A stretch of 64,000 nt of DNA from the human T2T-CHM13v2.0 reference genome, Homo sapiens: assembly GCF_009914755.1 (NCBI RefSeq), contig NC_060945.1; one strand, 5' to 3'. The position numbers and the translations under genes are program-made. This document shows, one piece after another, positions 1 through 13,465 of this stretch (positions are counted from its first letter, which is position 1; each line of letters opens with the position of its first letter). Below the pieces are notes generated by a model. That model was not told the DNA's origin and did not search any database. It worked only from the letters and a program-made list of their open reading frames with translations.

Positions 1-229
1 ACAAAGTATAAAATATAGAGATTGTGGCACTAGAGTTTATACTGTAACAACTACCAGAAGAGCAGACCTTTATTATAAATAGGAATTATGGAAAGAAAAT
101 CATACCTTCCAAGATGTAAACTCAAGTTTCCTTCTTATAGAAAAATTCCTTCAATACACATAAACTCTGACTGTTTCATGTGCAAAAAATCATACCATTG
201 TGTGAGCTCACAGATACATCTGACCATAC

Positions 230-365
230 CTTCATTATTGGTAACATTTTCTGCTACTGGGGCTGCATTACTGGTTCCCGCTGCCATGTCCAAAAGAGGT
301 TGAATAATTTCAATTTTGAACACTCCATTTTTTTGCCAAAGGTTCAGCACACGAACTATTTTACT
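230..365 (-). CDS. SCAF4: SCAF4 coding exon 5 (136 nt; SKIVRVLNLWQKNGVFKIEIIQPLLDMAAGTSNAAPVAENVTNNE-G), end of CID; gene continues beyond the left window edge
   Basis: Acceptor aacag|AGT, donor GAAG|gtatgg; in frame with exon 4; matches recalled SCAF4 protein. Confidence 0.97.
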
Positions 366-1290
366 CTGTTACGCATGAGAAACACAAATATACAATAAAT
401 ATTTGCATAAATAACCGATTATACTCTTACAAAAAAAAGAGAGGAAAACTCCCTAGGCTAATATTTCCATACTATGTGTGTTTCATAAACAAGGAAAAAA
501 AAAAATCAGAATTACAACCTGGTTAAACTAATTAGTCTTTCTTCAGTGGTATCATCTAGAGTAAGGAACAGAGATGGACTATAGACCCAGACAATAAAAA
601 GAAATTTATTATTTGACATTTTCATTTTATTTTACTTATGGTTACAAATAAACTATCACTGACCCCCCAAAAAAAAGCTATCTTGAAGTAAATGAAGGAG
701 AATTTCTTCAGAGTAATTATAACAGCTAAAATATTTAAGCAACTGGCCTGTAGTCAAAACTTAAATTATGTGGCCAAGCAAATATGAAGATCCAGAGAAT
801 ATATGTTATTCATGGGCACAACTTTTATCTTTACTCAAGGAATCATCTTGGTTTTGGGTGTATTTTTCCCACAAGAGCATTCTTCCAAGAATATAAAAAC
901 AGCACCTATGACACTGAAATTTATATGCTGTTTATTGTAAATGTCTCCGTTCTTCATTATTCTGAGTATGTTTACTAGTATAATTCCTCCTATCTACTTA
1001 TAGTCAGCTACTATATCTGTAATGTTTTTCTACTTTTATATAGTATGTTGTAAAGCCAACTGTATATATAAGGAATTAAATACTGTAGTCTGATTGCTAA
1101 TGAATACCACTTAAACTTTAGTATCTCTATATGTTGGGGAAGAACATCTATTATTGGCTCTTTCTTTCTGGAATAACCACAATCAGATGATCGCTGTCTT
1201 TTCCTACTGCACAATTTCTTCCTTACTCAACTACACAAGCACATCTTTCCAACGATATCTTCTTTAAAGATGATGCGCCTTTCATATTAT

Positions 1291-1530
1291 TTTTTAAAAA
1301 TTTTACTTTACTGTGGTAAGAACACTTAACATGAGATCTACTCACTTAGCCAATTTTTAAGTGTACAATACAGAATTGTTAACTATAGGTACAAGGTTGT
1401 TCAGCAGATCTCTACAACCTATTCATCTTGCTTAACTGAAATGTCATACCTATTGATTAGCAGCTCCTAATGTTTCCCTTACCCCTAGTCCCTGGCAACC
1501 ACTATTAAACTCTTTGATTCTATAAATTTT
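1291..1530 (-). mobile_element. L1M (MA/MB) 3' end fragment
   Basis: ggtaagaacacttaacatgagatctac...cccctagtccctggcaaccac. Confidence 0.75.
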
Positions 1531-1750
1531 GTTCCTGTCATATTTCAACAGTATGACTGATAATCCTGAAGAACTCATAAGAAAATAAACACGAAATGAC
1601 CACTGAAGAAAAAAACTGTTTTGTTTCAAGCTCACAGACATCGCTACATGAAAATCTTATCTGGTAATATAGTAGGCTCCAAATATCTAACATACATTTA
1701 AAATAATATTTTTTAAAGAATACAAGTTTTAGTTTAAAAATTAATTATAC

Positions 1751-1912
1751 CTTATCTTCAGATGGACAAAGATATAAATATTGGAATGTGGCAGTTATGT
1801 TTTTAGAGAATCTTGGCCCAAAAACATCTTTATCAGTTCCAAACTGATGACGAGACTGTCGCACAATTGAGTCAATTACATATAATCCCGGAACCTTGTA
1901 TTCTGGTTTACA
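1751..1912 (-). CDS. SCAF4: SCAF4 coding exon 4 (162 nt; CKPEYKVPGLYVIDSIVRQSRHQFGTDKDVFGPRFSKNITATFQYLYLCPSEDK)
   Basis: ttgcag|TGT acceptor, AAG|gtataa donor; CID signature LYVIDSIVRQ; 54 open codons. Confidence 0.97.
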
Positions 1913-3408
1913 CTGCAAGGATAAAGATGTAAGATCAGTACAGAAAAAGCAAAGTCACAATCTGACACCCATTATTTTCACATTTATGAAACTTTTATAT
2001 ATCCATCCAATGATTGCTTTTGTTTAAAAACTACTTGAATGTTTCAGCTCTCTAAATGGCTAACTTGTCAAATTTCCCATGTCTATAATGGAACTACCAT
2101 TCTCTTGATACTACTGACCCCCAAGATTTTACTCTTCTTTGATTTCTCTACTTCCCTACACCCAATGTCCCAAAATCGACATTACTTTACCAATCCTTAA
2201 GCCAGTTCCATATAAATTCACTTATTATGATAGTCTCTACAATTCACCCTGCTCAAAAAGGTAATTTTTATCTTTCAAAATTAACAAAACATTTTTTAAC
2301 ATATCAATTTTAATTCTATTACAGTACCAAATAAAAATTAAAAACAAGAAGTAGTTTTTGGCTAACCGAACTGACAACAGCAGAGAAAAGCAGAGAAACA
2401 GACACCTATATATATTTCTGGTGGTAGTGGAAACAGGTATAACCCTTTATAGAAGACAATTTAGCAATAAAAGCAAAGTCTTATTTAATCCACCAATTCT
2501 ACATCTAGGAATTTATGCAAAAAAAAAAAAAATTAGGTCTAACAACTCAGAAAATGGCTGTGTGCATCACTGTAACAACCGCAGAGGAGTATTTTGCAAC
2601 TGTTTATGATAAACTCAGTGGGAAAAGCAGCCTAACAACCAGTATTATGTCCATTTTTACTTTTATAAATGTACATGTACATAAAAAATAAATCCAAATG
2701 TATTAATAAATATTGCAGTTAATTTGTTGACAGTGCCTATAGGTAATTTTTTCCATTTTATTTATTTGTACTTTGATGTACTACTATGCAAAGCGTTTAC
2801 TAACCATCTTTTTTGCCTGTTGGAACTTTAACTTTTATACCTAAGCCAGTATACAAGGGCCATGGATTAGAGACATTTTTATAAACACTGATTAGTAGGT
2901 ACTACATGTCACAGCTCCAGGTCAGGGGTTAAGACAAAGATGTCTCAGTCTCTGTTTTCTATTTTCTACTGAGACAGATGTGTGCCAATCACACAGTTAT
3001 AAAACAACAGACAGCTGAACTGAAAATAATTTTATTCTGATGGGAAAAGGGAAAAATTGGGAAAATTTGACAAAGTAATTTCATTTGAAATACTCAAAGG
3101 TGAGTTAAACACCTAAATGTCAACAGCAGTCAGGGCAAGGGGGTAGAGTAAGCACTTCAGGTTTAGGGAAGGGTCATAACCAACATATAAGAAACTGCTG
3201 TGAGTTGAGTGCTAAGTTCACAGTAAGTTAAGTACCAATTAATGGTACTGCTAAAAATGTGTTTTTATAAACTTCTAGTGATTAAAAAGAACCTCTAGTG
3301 ACTAAATTTTTATGAAGTGGTTTAGAAACAAGCATTGAGATTAAAATTTACAAAGTAAATTACAAATCATATTGTAACTAAAATGAGGTTATAATGAGAG
3401 ATAGTTAC

Positions 3409-3453
3409 CTTTTTGATGAACTTTTCTACTATTTGAACTACATGCTTATAAAG
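3409..3453 (-). CDS. SCAF4: SCAF4 coding exon 3 (45 nt; LYKHVVQIVEKFIKK)
   Basis: ttttcag|CTT acceptor, AAG|gtaact donor; joins exons 2 and 4 in frame. Confidence 0.96.
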
Positions 3454-3894
3454 CTGAAAAGAATTAAGAGAAAATTACTGTTCAGTTTACTTATTTCTAC
3501 ATTTCCTATAATTAGAAAATTCTTAAAACTCTGAAATCTATACAATCTAAATATTATCAATACTGAATGAACCATGAGAAATACATAATAAAAAATTTAA
3601 TATTAAAAAACTCAGAGAAAAATAAACTAAAAACAGAAAACTACAAAAATTCCCCAAACAGAAGATCCCTTTTCTTAAATTTTAAATCAATAAACCTTCA
3701 TGAAGCAGAATATTTGGCAACCTTATGGGACAAAACCAATGGATTAGAGCTAAACAATGTAGTTTCTAAAATAAGTCACATTTTAAAGTGTGATTTTGGG
3801 TAAGACATTTAACTTCATGGAGCTTGAATTTTTTCTCTTTAAATAAAAATGAAACTAAATAGTTGGTTTATGATAAGGAATAAATGAAAATTTA

Positions 3895-4073
<179 letters not shown>

Positions 4074-4259
4074 CCACACTGCTTTGAAACAATATGTTAC
4101 AATGCAAATGCACGCTTATCATGTACCTTCAGCAAAGGCTGGTTAGGGCTCTTTGATTTAGGCCTGAACTAATTCACAAGTTGACTTCTCATGTTTAAAA
4201 GTAATAAATATTTTCAAAATTTCAAAAAGATTTCTCAAATTGCTTTATTTTATCATTAC

Positions 4260-4343
4260 CTTAATAGCTTTAATAGCAGCTTTAGTGATGAGAATCATCT
4301 TGGCTCTAGAGATGGGAGGTTTCATATCCATAAGCGAAAAGAG
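4260..4343 (-). CDS. SCAF4: SCAF4 coding exon 2 (84 nt; LFSLMDMKPPISRAKMILITKAAIKAIK)
   Basis: Long pyrimidine tract then ttttaag|CTC, donor AAG|gtaatg; 28 open codons. Confidence 0.97.
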
Positions 4344-4442
4344 CTTAAAAGACAAAAAACAAACAAAAAGTAAAGTTTAACTATTTGGCTAGTAAATAAG
4401 CACCTTTCCTACATATCTACATCACCACTTGGAAAATACAAA

Positions 4443-5167
4443 CGGGGCCGGGGTGGTGAGGGGGGTCTTAGCAGCTAGGGCAGCAGGAAGAGCTTTGGTG
4501 GCCAGGCACCCAGCACACACCCTCCCCACTGCCGTGATACCCAAGAAGAAGGTTAGCTCTGCCAAAGGGGTGGCGAAGGGGTAGTGAAATGAAGGAAGAG
4601 CCCAAGAGGCAATCGGCATGGCTGTCAGCTAAACCTGCTCCTGCAAAAGTGGAAATGAGGCTGAAAAAAGGCAGCAGAAGTATAAATCCTTAGACAAAGA
4701 TGTGCAAACAAAAGGGAAAGGGAGGGGGAGCAAAGAGAAAACAGACTCAAGTGACTAACCAAGAAACTAAAGATTTACCTGCAGAAAACGGAGAAACTAA
4801 AACCAATGAGAGTCCAGCCTCTGATGAAGCCAGAGAAAGAAGCCAAGTCTACTCAGTACATACCATGTCTTATCAGTGGTCTCTGTCTCCCCTCTCTTCA
4901 ATCCAGAGGAGTATTTTTATCAACTATTTTGTAAATGCAAGATTTTAGTAGGTCTAGAAACATTTTTAAGGAGGGAATCCCAGTTCATCCCATTTTTTAT
5001 GTATAAATGCTTTTTTTTAAGAGGTAAAATCATTCACTGGTTGTTTACTTTATTTTTTGGTACAACCAGAACAGAGTGTGGGATGTTGTATTATGGGAGG
5101 CTTTGACTGTCTTGGGTGTCAGCTTAACATTCCATAGATGGGGGGGTTACTTTTTATATCCTATAAT
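4443..5167 (+). pseudogene. HMGN1P2: Processed HMGN1 pseudogene (5'UTR, disabled CDS ~4537-4853, proximal 3'UTR), antisense within SCAF4 intron 1
   Basis: Intronless match to recalled HMGN1 (PKKKVSSAKG..EEPKR..LSAKPAPAKVE..TNQETKDLPAENGETK..SPASDEA); ATG>ATA, frameshifts and stops; symbol number from memory. Confidence 0.92.
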
Positions 5168-5356
5168 GTCTCTACTAAATATACAAATATTAGCCAGCCA
5201 TGGTGGCGCACACCTGTAATCCCAGCTACTCAGGAGGCTGAGGCATGAGAACTGCTTGAACCCAGGAGGTGGAGGTTGCAGTGAGCCAAGACTGCATCAC
5301 TGCACTCCAGCCTGGGCAACAGAGCAAGACTTTGTTTCCAAAAAACACAAACAAAA
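5168..5356 (+). mobile_element. Alu linker and right arm, fused to the HMGN1 retrocopy
   Basis: Starts at gtctctactaaa; no left arm. Confidence 0.9.
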
Positions 5357-6091
5357 GGGGAAAACCAAATTTAACAAATCTCACAACAGTAAATCTACAG
5401 CCATCAGGTGCTTCCATGAGACTTAACCACATACTTCCCCCAAAGGGTTAAATCCAACCAAAACATAGAGTCCATAGAGGGTTATAAAGATAAAATCCTG
5501 ACATTAAGAAACATATCTACCTTCTTAAATTATTGTTTTTGTTTGGTTTAACCATAAGCATACACTTACCTGGGACTTCCAAAAGATATTGTGAAGTAAG
5601 TTTCAGAGATCCCAACATTATGAAACTCATATGAATCACATTTCCATTCTTTCAATTTATGTCAATATTCCAAATATGGAGCCCTAGGGTATGAACCTTT
5701 ACTAGACCACTAGCTAAGAGGCTAGACTAAAATATGAGTGTTTTCTCAGAGTAAACAGCCCCACCTAGCAGTGTATCCTAAAAATTTAGACAATTTTCAC
5801 ATCTTTTCAAAACTACAGACATCAGTAACAATTTTAGAAAAGGCATGGAATGCCAAATATAATCAATAAAAAACCAGATAACTACTTAAGCAGAAAATAT
5901 AATTTTTCCATAAGATACAGAAAACAGAGAAAACACTAAGATATTAACACAGGATTTCATTTTAATAAAAGGATTCTCTAAATACGGCTGCAATTCTTCA
6001 TTGTATTACTTCATTTACCAATGTAATAAAAAAATTATCTTTGAGAATAAAACGCTCACTAACTGAAAGGCAATTAGAAAAGAAACAGTAA

Positions 6092-6366
6092 GGCCAGGCG
6101 CGGTGGCTCATGCCTGTAATCCCAGCACTTTGGGAGGCCTAGGTGGGCGGTTCACCTGAGGTCAGGAGTTCGAGACCAGCCTGGCCAACGTGGCGAAACC
6201 TCATCTCTACTATAAATACAAAATGGTGGCGGGCACCTGTAGTCCCAGCTACTTGGGAGGCTGAGGCAGGAGAATCGCTTGAACCCAGGAGGCGGACAGA
6301 GGTTGCAGTAAGCCAAGATCGCGCCACTGCACGCCAGGCCAGGCGACAGAGCGAGACTCTGTCTTT

Positions 6367-6399
<33 letters not shown>

Positions 6400-6403
6400 G
6401 AAA
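6092..6403 (+). mobile_element. AluS
   Basis: Full dimer with A tail. Confidence 0.95.
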
Positions 6404-8197
6404 TAACAAATCCTTAAAATTATACAAACCAGTAAGAAACAATTTAACATATTTCAACTTAAACACAAATTCTAAAAATATCAACACTGTATGATTTATA
6501 AATATGTAGCATACATTTATAAAAGGTATATTCTGTTATAAAATCTATTAAGACAGTTGCTTATTATTGTTCTATTTTCTATACCTTAACACAGTGAAAG
6601 GGGATGCAAAAACAAAAACAAAAACCCATAGGTCTTAATGAACACACCCACACACATTTAATTCTTGGGTTGTCTCCACAACTCTTCAATGATTTATGCA
6701 AAAATCCTGAAGAAACTAGAAACCCTCCCTTCCTTGTTCTCAACCTCCTGAGTCAAGACCACTTCTTGATGTGATTCATGCCAAACACTTAAGACACTGC
6801 TATATTTTGGATAGATTAAATCTTTAATAATAAAGTAGAAGCAATAAGGGGCCTTTCCACGTAGAAAGTCAAGAGGGTGAGGATGGCCAGGAGCCAAGAA
6901 AGGGAATCTAAATGTATATCCAAGGCAGTCTGGAACTTTCATGCAGGTACAAGAAACTTATGTCAAAGTAGCCACAAGATTATTTCATAGGAGATGAACA
7001 AATGTGACGCCCTGTTTACTGCTAAAAATCAAAGCTTTGTGTGAAATCTCTAATTTATGGAGAAGCTAGGTAAGAAAGCCTTCACCTGTCTGTTCTTTTC
7101 CTGATCCCTTCTCCTCATTTCCTGAAATGTAGAGACTGAGGCCCACTGGGCACTGGTATCCCCATCACTGTGGGGGTGGGGGGGAGCGTCTATTTTGATG
7201 GTTGATTTTGCTGAACCAGGTACTTCCTTTCCCATTTTCTAATGATTTTGTAACATACAAACTGACTCTTTTCCCTTCCCTTCTCCTTCCCCTGGGAAAA
7301 TACAACGAATAAATACTTACTGGTACTGAAACTGTCAAAAAAAAAAAAAAGAAAGAAAGAAAGAAAGAAATGAGCAACAGTAAGAACTACTTCTCTGGTC
7401 ATTAAAAGCTTAGAGTAAATTTTAAGGAAACCTAAGCCAGAGCTAATATTCATCTAATGCCCCCAAAAAGCACTTCTTTATCATTTCAGCAGTAAGCAAC
7501 TCACTAAATTAACAGCCAAATGAACATACAAGACAGACTAGTGTAGCTTTTAAGGAAACACTCTATAGTCTCTATTTAAAAAATTAAAAGTAAAGACTAT
7601 ACCACCTAACAGTATAACCATCATTCAGACAAAAGACCAGCAAGAGAACAGTCAGGTACCATAATCTGAGACAGCTGCAGAGTATTACTACATTCCATAA
7701 AAATATTATTTGGGAAGAGAAGAGGTAACCAACATTTGAGTGCTTTACCAGGCAGCAATGAGTTTAAGTGATATGTTGTATTTTTTACTTAATCATGTTA
7801 ACTAAGGCAGATCTGTTACACCTGTTTTGAGATGATACTTAAAAAAAAAAAAAAAGGGTCATATCTGTTTTAGATGATGCCTAGGCCATGATCTGAACTA
7901 ATATTTGTTGATTCTAAAGTTCACACTCCCTAACAACATACCCATACCCATACCTGATACAATGCTGCATACAGACTAAATTTGTGCAGAGACCATTAAC
8001 TATGAAAAGGAATATAGGGGGAAAAAAAAAATCCAGGAAGGCATCTGTGCCTGCCTGTATATTGTCTGGATTCAGGGATAACAATGAAACATACTGAATT
8101 TAATTTGGGATGCCTACTAAATATCTAGGCAGAGAAAGAAATATGGATCTTGAATGTGTAAGAGATCCAGGCTAGAAATGGAAAGGTTATAGAACTA

Positions 8198-8599
<402 letters not shown>

Positions 8600-10078
8600 T
8601 CAATGTAGCAGAGAAAAAACCTGCAAAAATGAGCACCAGGACAAAGTAGAATCCCAGAAATTAGAGACATCTGGCATAGCCAAATGCTACAAGAGGTTAA
8701 TCAGGATGCAAAACAAATCTTGTTTATTTAGTTTGGCAATTAGGTGAATGCAAGTGACATCAGTTTTTGAAAGTGATTCCAAATTCCAACTGGTTAAGGA
8801 ATGAGTGGCAGGCAAGGAAACAGAAATGCATTTTTGGCTCATTTTTCATTAATTCAACAAATATCTGAGAGCTTAGTAAGTGGCAAGCTGAGTGTTTCGT
8901 ATATAAAAAGGAGACAGGACCATGTTTCAAAGCTTTTTTATAAATGACCACCCTTACTTATATCTTATTTGTTAGCATTATAAAGTTTCCATCACATCAC
9001 TTTCTTTCTTTTTTTAAACTCCTGAGTTCAAGTGATCCTCCCATCTCAGCTTCCCCAGCAGCTGGAACTATAGGCATGTGCCACCCCACCAGAGAAGTTT
9101 CTTTTGGGATGACTTTTATTCTCCTTTACCAACATTTTTCTTAAAATTTCAAGCTGTGCATTTGCATTTGATATAATTTACGAAGAAAAACACTACAGGG
9201 AAATACAGATTTTTCAAAATTGGAGGTTTGCAAAATCACCTTTTAACAGTCAATGAATGCTGTTAATATTTTATTGACTTATTTAATGCACAAATTCACC
9301 AAACGGTCTCTACCTTTTGCAAGACAAAAAAGTTCCCTGATACCTACAGCAATGCCTTCACTGAACAGATACAGAAATCCAGAAATTACGCTGATACTTT
9401 GACATAGAGGATATGAATTGATATACTTTCCTGGTAAGCATGTACATTGACACTGTCCATTTGGACAGAAATAGTAACAACCTTTATGGTGAGGCAGATG
9501 TTATCATTCCATTTTACAGATGATAGCACTGAGGCTCAACAATCTGCTCAGTTATAAAGTTAATTAAGTGGTAAAATTCAATCTGTAATCAACCATTTCC
9601 CAAAACTCTAATTCTTTTAACTAGTACCTAACAATAACAAAATTATTTCAAATATATTAGCCCAGAAGAATAGTGTACAGATAGTAAAGATAAAAAGGAC
9701 TGTACAGCTATGTTAAGTGGGGAAAAATTGCAATGTGGACCCAAACTAGAAAGTAATATACTAATATATAATTGTTATGAGGAGTTGAACCCAAGAATTT
9801 TTTAAAGAAAAAAATTAAGTGGCACAGAGGTATAAAGTGATGTGCCTACCCAAGCAACAAGTTAGAGGCGATATAAATTACTAAAATAGGGTCAATTTTT
9901 TGATGCTTTAAATGACCCTACAATACTGAGTGTGGTGACTTAGGAAGAAAGTGTCAGCATGATTTATTTAGATGATCAAAATACTGATCAAATTTCAATT
10001 TCTCAAGACTAAAGGTCAATACACTGTTTTTATGTTTTAGAACTCAATTTTACCTTAGGGCATGAGGGAAAGCTTTAA

Positions 10079-10880
<802 letters not shown>

Positions 10881-11239
10881 TGAAAGCATCTAAAATAATC
10901 AGTGCTTAATAAATGTCTTGGTCTCTAACTCCTACCCCCTCTCACATACACCAATCCCCGACTTTTGTTTCTCTTAATTAAAAATCAATTATACTGCTCA
11001 TTGCTATATCTGTTTTATTTTCCATTTATGCATGGTATATTTTTCTCACTCTAAAACAAAATGAACTTGTTAGTTGTAAATGATTTATTACTGAGTCCTT
11101 ACTTGTGTCTAAAGCAAAGTTGCAATTTATTAATCTTAAATAAAAGAGTTAATTGTCATGGTCACCAATATTGTTTGAGGAATCTCTCAAGAGAAGTATA
11201 TAATGTTGTGGTGATCTAAGATTTTGATTGATTTTCCAC

Positions 11240-12850
11240 AATAATTTGTTAGAATAACAGTAAGTGCACAGGCTCAATAATAACTGCCCGAGAAATCTTG
11301 GCTCTACCACTTGCTACCTATGAGAATTCCTCCATCTGTAAAATGGGGATAACAGTAGTCCCTCCTTATTTAGTTAAGTCTAAGAATTAAATACAAACAA
11401 TACATACAAAAGCACTTAGAGCAACACCTAGCACAGAGTAAATACACAATAGATATTAATGAGTACTACACGTAATTCTTTTGAGAAAAAGAGAGAATCC
11501 TGGAGTTAATCCAGAGCAGTGTTTTTCAAACTGTGGGTTGAGATCCAGGAATGAATTACATAATTCCTACTGTGTGTACTGTGGTCAAAAATATGAAGGA
11601 CAACAGCCCAGGGAAAAATTATTTTGTTTTTAGAAATGAGGAAAATAAGGCCCAAAATAACTGCTAGTCACCTTTCAATAATGTGTAGGTTCCTTCAAAC
11701 CATTAATAAATTTCTCATGGGCAAACCGGAGCGGGGGTGGGGTGGGGGGGGGCAGGGAAGAAGCACTGCCATGTCAGAAAAAAACTTCATGTTTTTCAAT
11801 CAAGTTTAGATACACATAAGTATTATACACAGAGTAGACAACAGATTCAAAGATAATTCAGTTACTTATGACCAACATCCAATTTCAGTCAACAAACCTC
11901 AGGAAAAAAGCTATTAGCTTTATATATCAAGTCTAAAAGCCACAAAATTTAATATAATTCCAACAAAATCTACTAGTGAGAAAAACCAGAAATTGTGGTC
12001 TTCTATAGAGAGTGAGAAAGATTTGGTTTTGAATCTGGGTCTGGCCATGCAGATGACTCTGGGCAAATTAATTTCTCTAAGCCATAATGTCCTCATTTGT
12101 AAAAAGGATATACCGATATCTGCTTGATAGGTATCAGTTTCAGTTAGAACTAAATGAGTTTTTGTATATGGAATGACTCGTACTATGTCACCCCGCAGAG
12201 GACAAGTATTCAATAAACACCGTTAGGTGCAGAGCTCCCCCAACATTATAGCCTGTATTCACAATTAATGTTATCTGTGAATGAATAAAAAGTGTCAAAG
12301 CAGCCAGAGAAAACCATGAAATCCTCCTGCATAAAAATAACAACAGCCCCTCCAAATACAAGACTTCTTTAGAAGGGATAAGCATAGTGGAAAAGAATGC
12401 TACTTGTCAGCAGTAGATATGAGCTTGGCTCTTTGCTTTGTCACTAGCAGAATGACTATGAAAACGTCTAAATATGACCACTGCCCTGCTGCATGACATA
12501 TAGAAGCCTGAGACACAAAATCCTCTAAAAATTATGAAGAATGATTCATCCTGATCCCTCATACCAGTAAAGAGTTTCAAGTGAAGATAAAGAAGAACGA
12601 GGGTATCTGGCCTGTGATACCTGCAGAATTCACAATGTTTAGGGATTAGTCAAAGTAACATGGGTACTCTGCTATTTACCAGTGGCATAAACCTTAACAA
12701 GTTTAGTCAACCTTTCTAAACTCCAAGGATTTTTAAAATCTGAAAAACAGGAATTAATGGGCTCACCTCACCACATTGTTAGGATTAAATAGGATAATGT
12801 ATGTAAATCTCTTAGCCCAGTACCTAACACATAAGTGCTGAGTAAATGGA
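11240..12850. mobile_element. Several MIR fragments
   Basis: catctgtaaaatggggataac, gggcaaattaatttctctaagcc, aggattaaataggataatgtatgtaaa. Confidence 0.6.
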
Positions 12851-13004
12851 GCAAAACAATGTGAAGATAACTAGTATTTCCTCTCTGTTCTTTAACTATT
12901 AGCCAAATGATAAGGTTTCCAGATGATCCTGGTTAATTCCCTTTAAGTATGGTATCCTCAAATGGACAGGGTCCGGACGTAGTCCTGCACTGTGAATTGG
13001 CTTT

Positions 13005-13465
13005 TGTATTAGTTTCCTATTTCTGTAGTAAGAAATTACCACAAATTTACTGGCTTAAAGCAACACAAATTACACTTTTGAGGTCAGAATCTCACCAGCA
13101 TCAGCAAGGCGACATTCCTTGTAAAGGCTCTAGGGAAGAATCTATTTCTTGTCTAATCTTGCTTCTACAGGGTGCCTACATTCTTTTGGCTCATGGCCTC
13201 TTCTTCCATCTTCAAAGCCAGCAGTATAGCATCTTCTCCTTCTATCTCTTCTGTTGTTTTATTTCCTTCTTTGACTCCTACCTCTCTAGTATAAGGACCC
13301 TTATGATTACACCGGGCCCACCCAGATAATCCAGGATAATTAACCCGTCTCAACATTCTTAACCTTATTCACATCCCCAGTCTCTTTTGCCTTGCAAGGT
13401 AATATATTTACAGGTTTTAGAATTAGATTATGAACATCTTTGGAGAAGGGGGCATTATTTATTAC
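13005..13465 (-). mobile_element. MLT1-family (MaLR) LTR
   Basis: tgtattagtttcct...aaattaccacaaa...ggcttaaa...gggcccacccagataatccaggataat. Confidence 0.8.

Noticed and set aside
135-350. Stand-alone 71-aa ORF
   Set aside because: It is SCAF4 exon 5 read from an internal GTG into the next intron
4700-4948. 82-aa HMGN-like ORF as a functional retrogene
   Set aside because: Start codon lost, nucleosome-binding domain out of frame, multiple frameshifts
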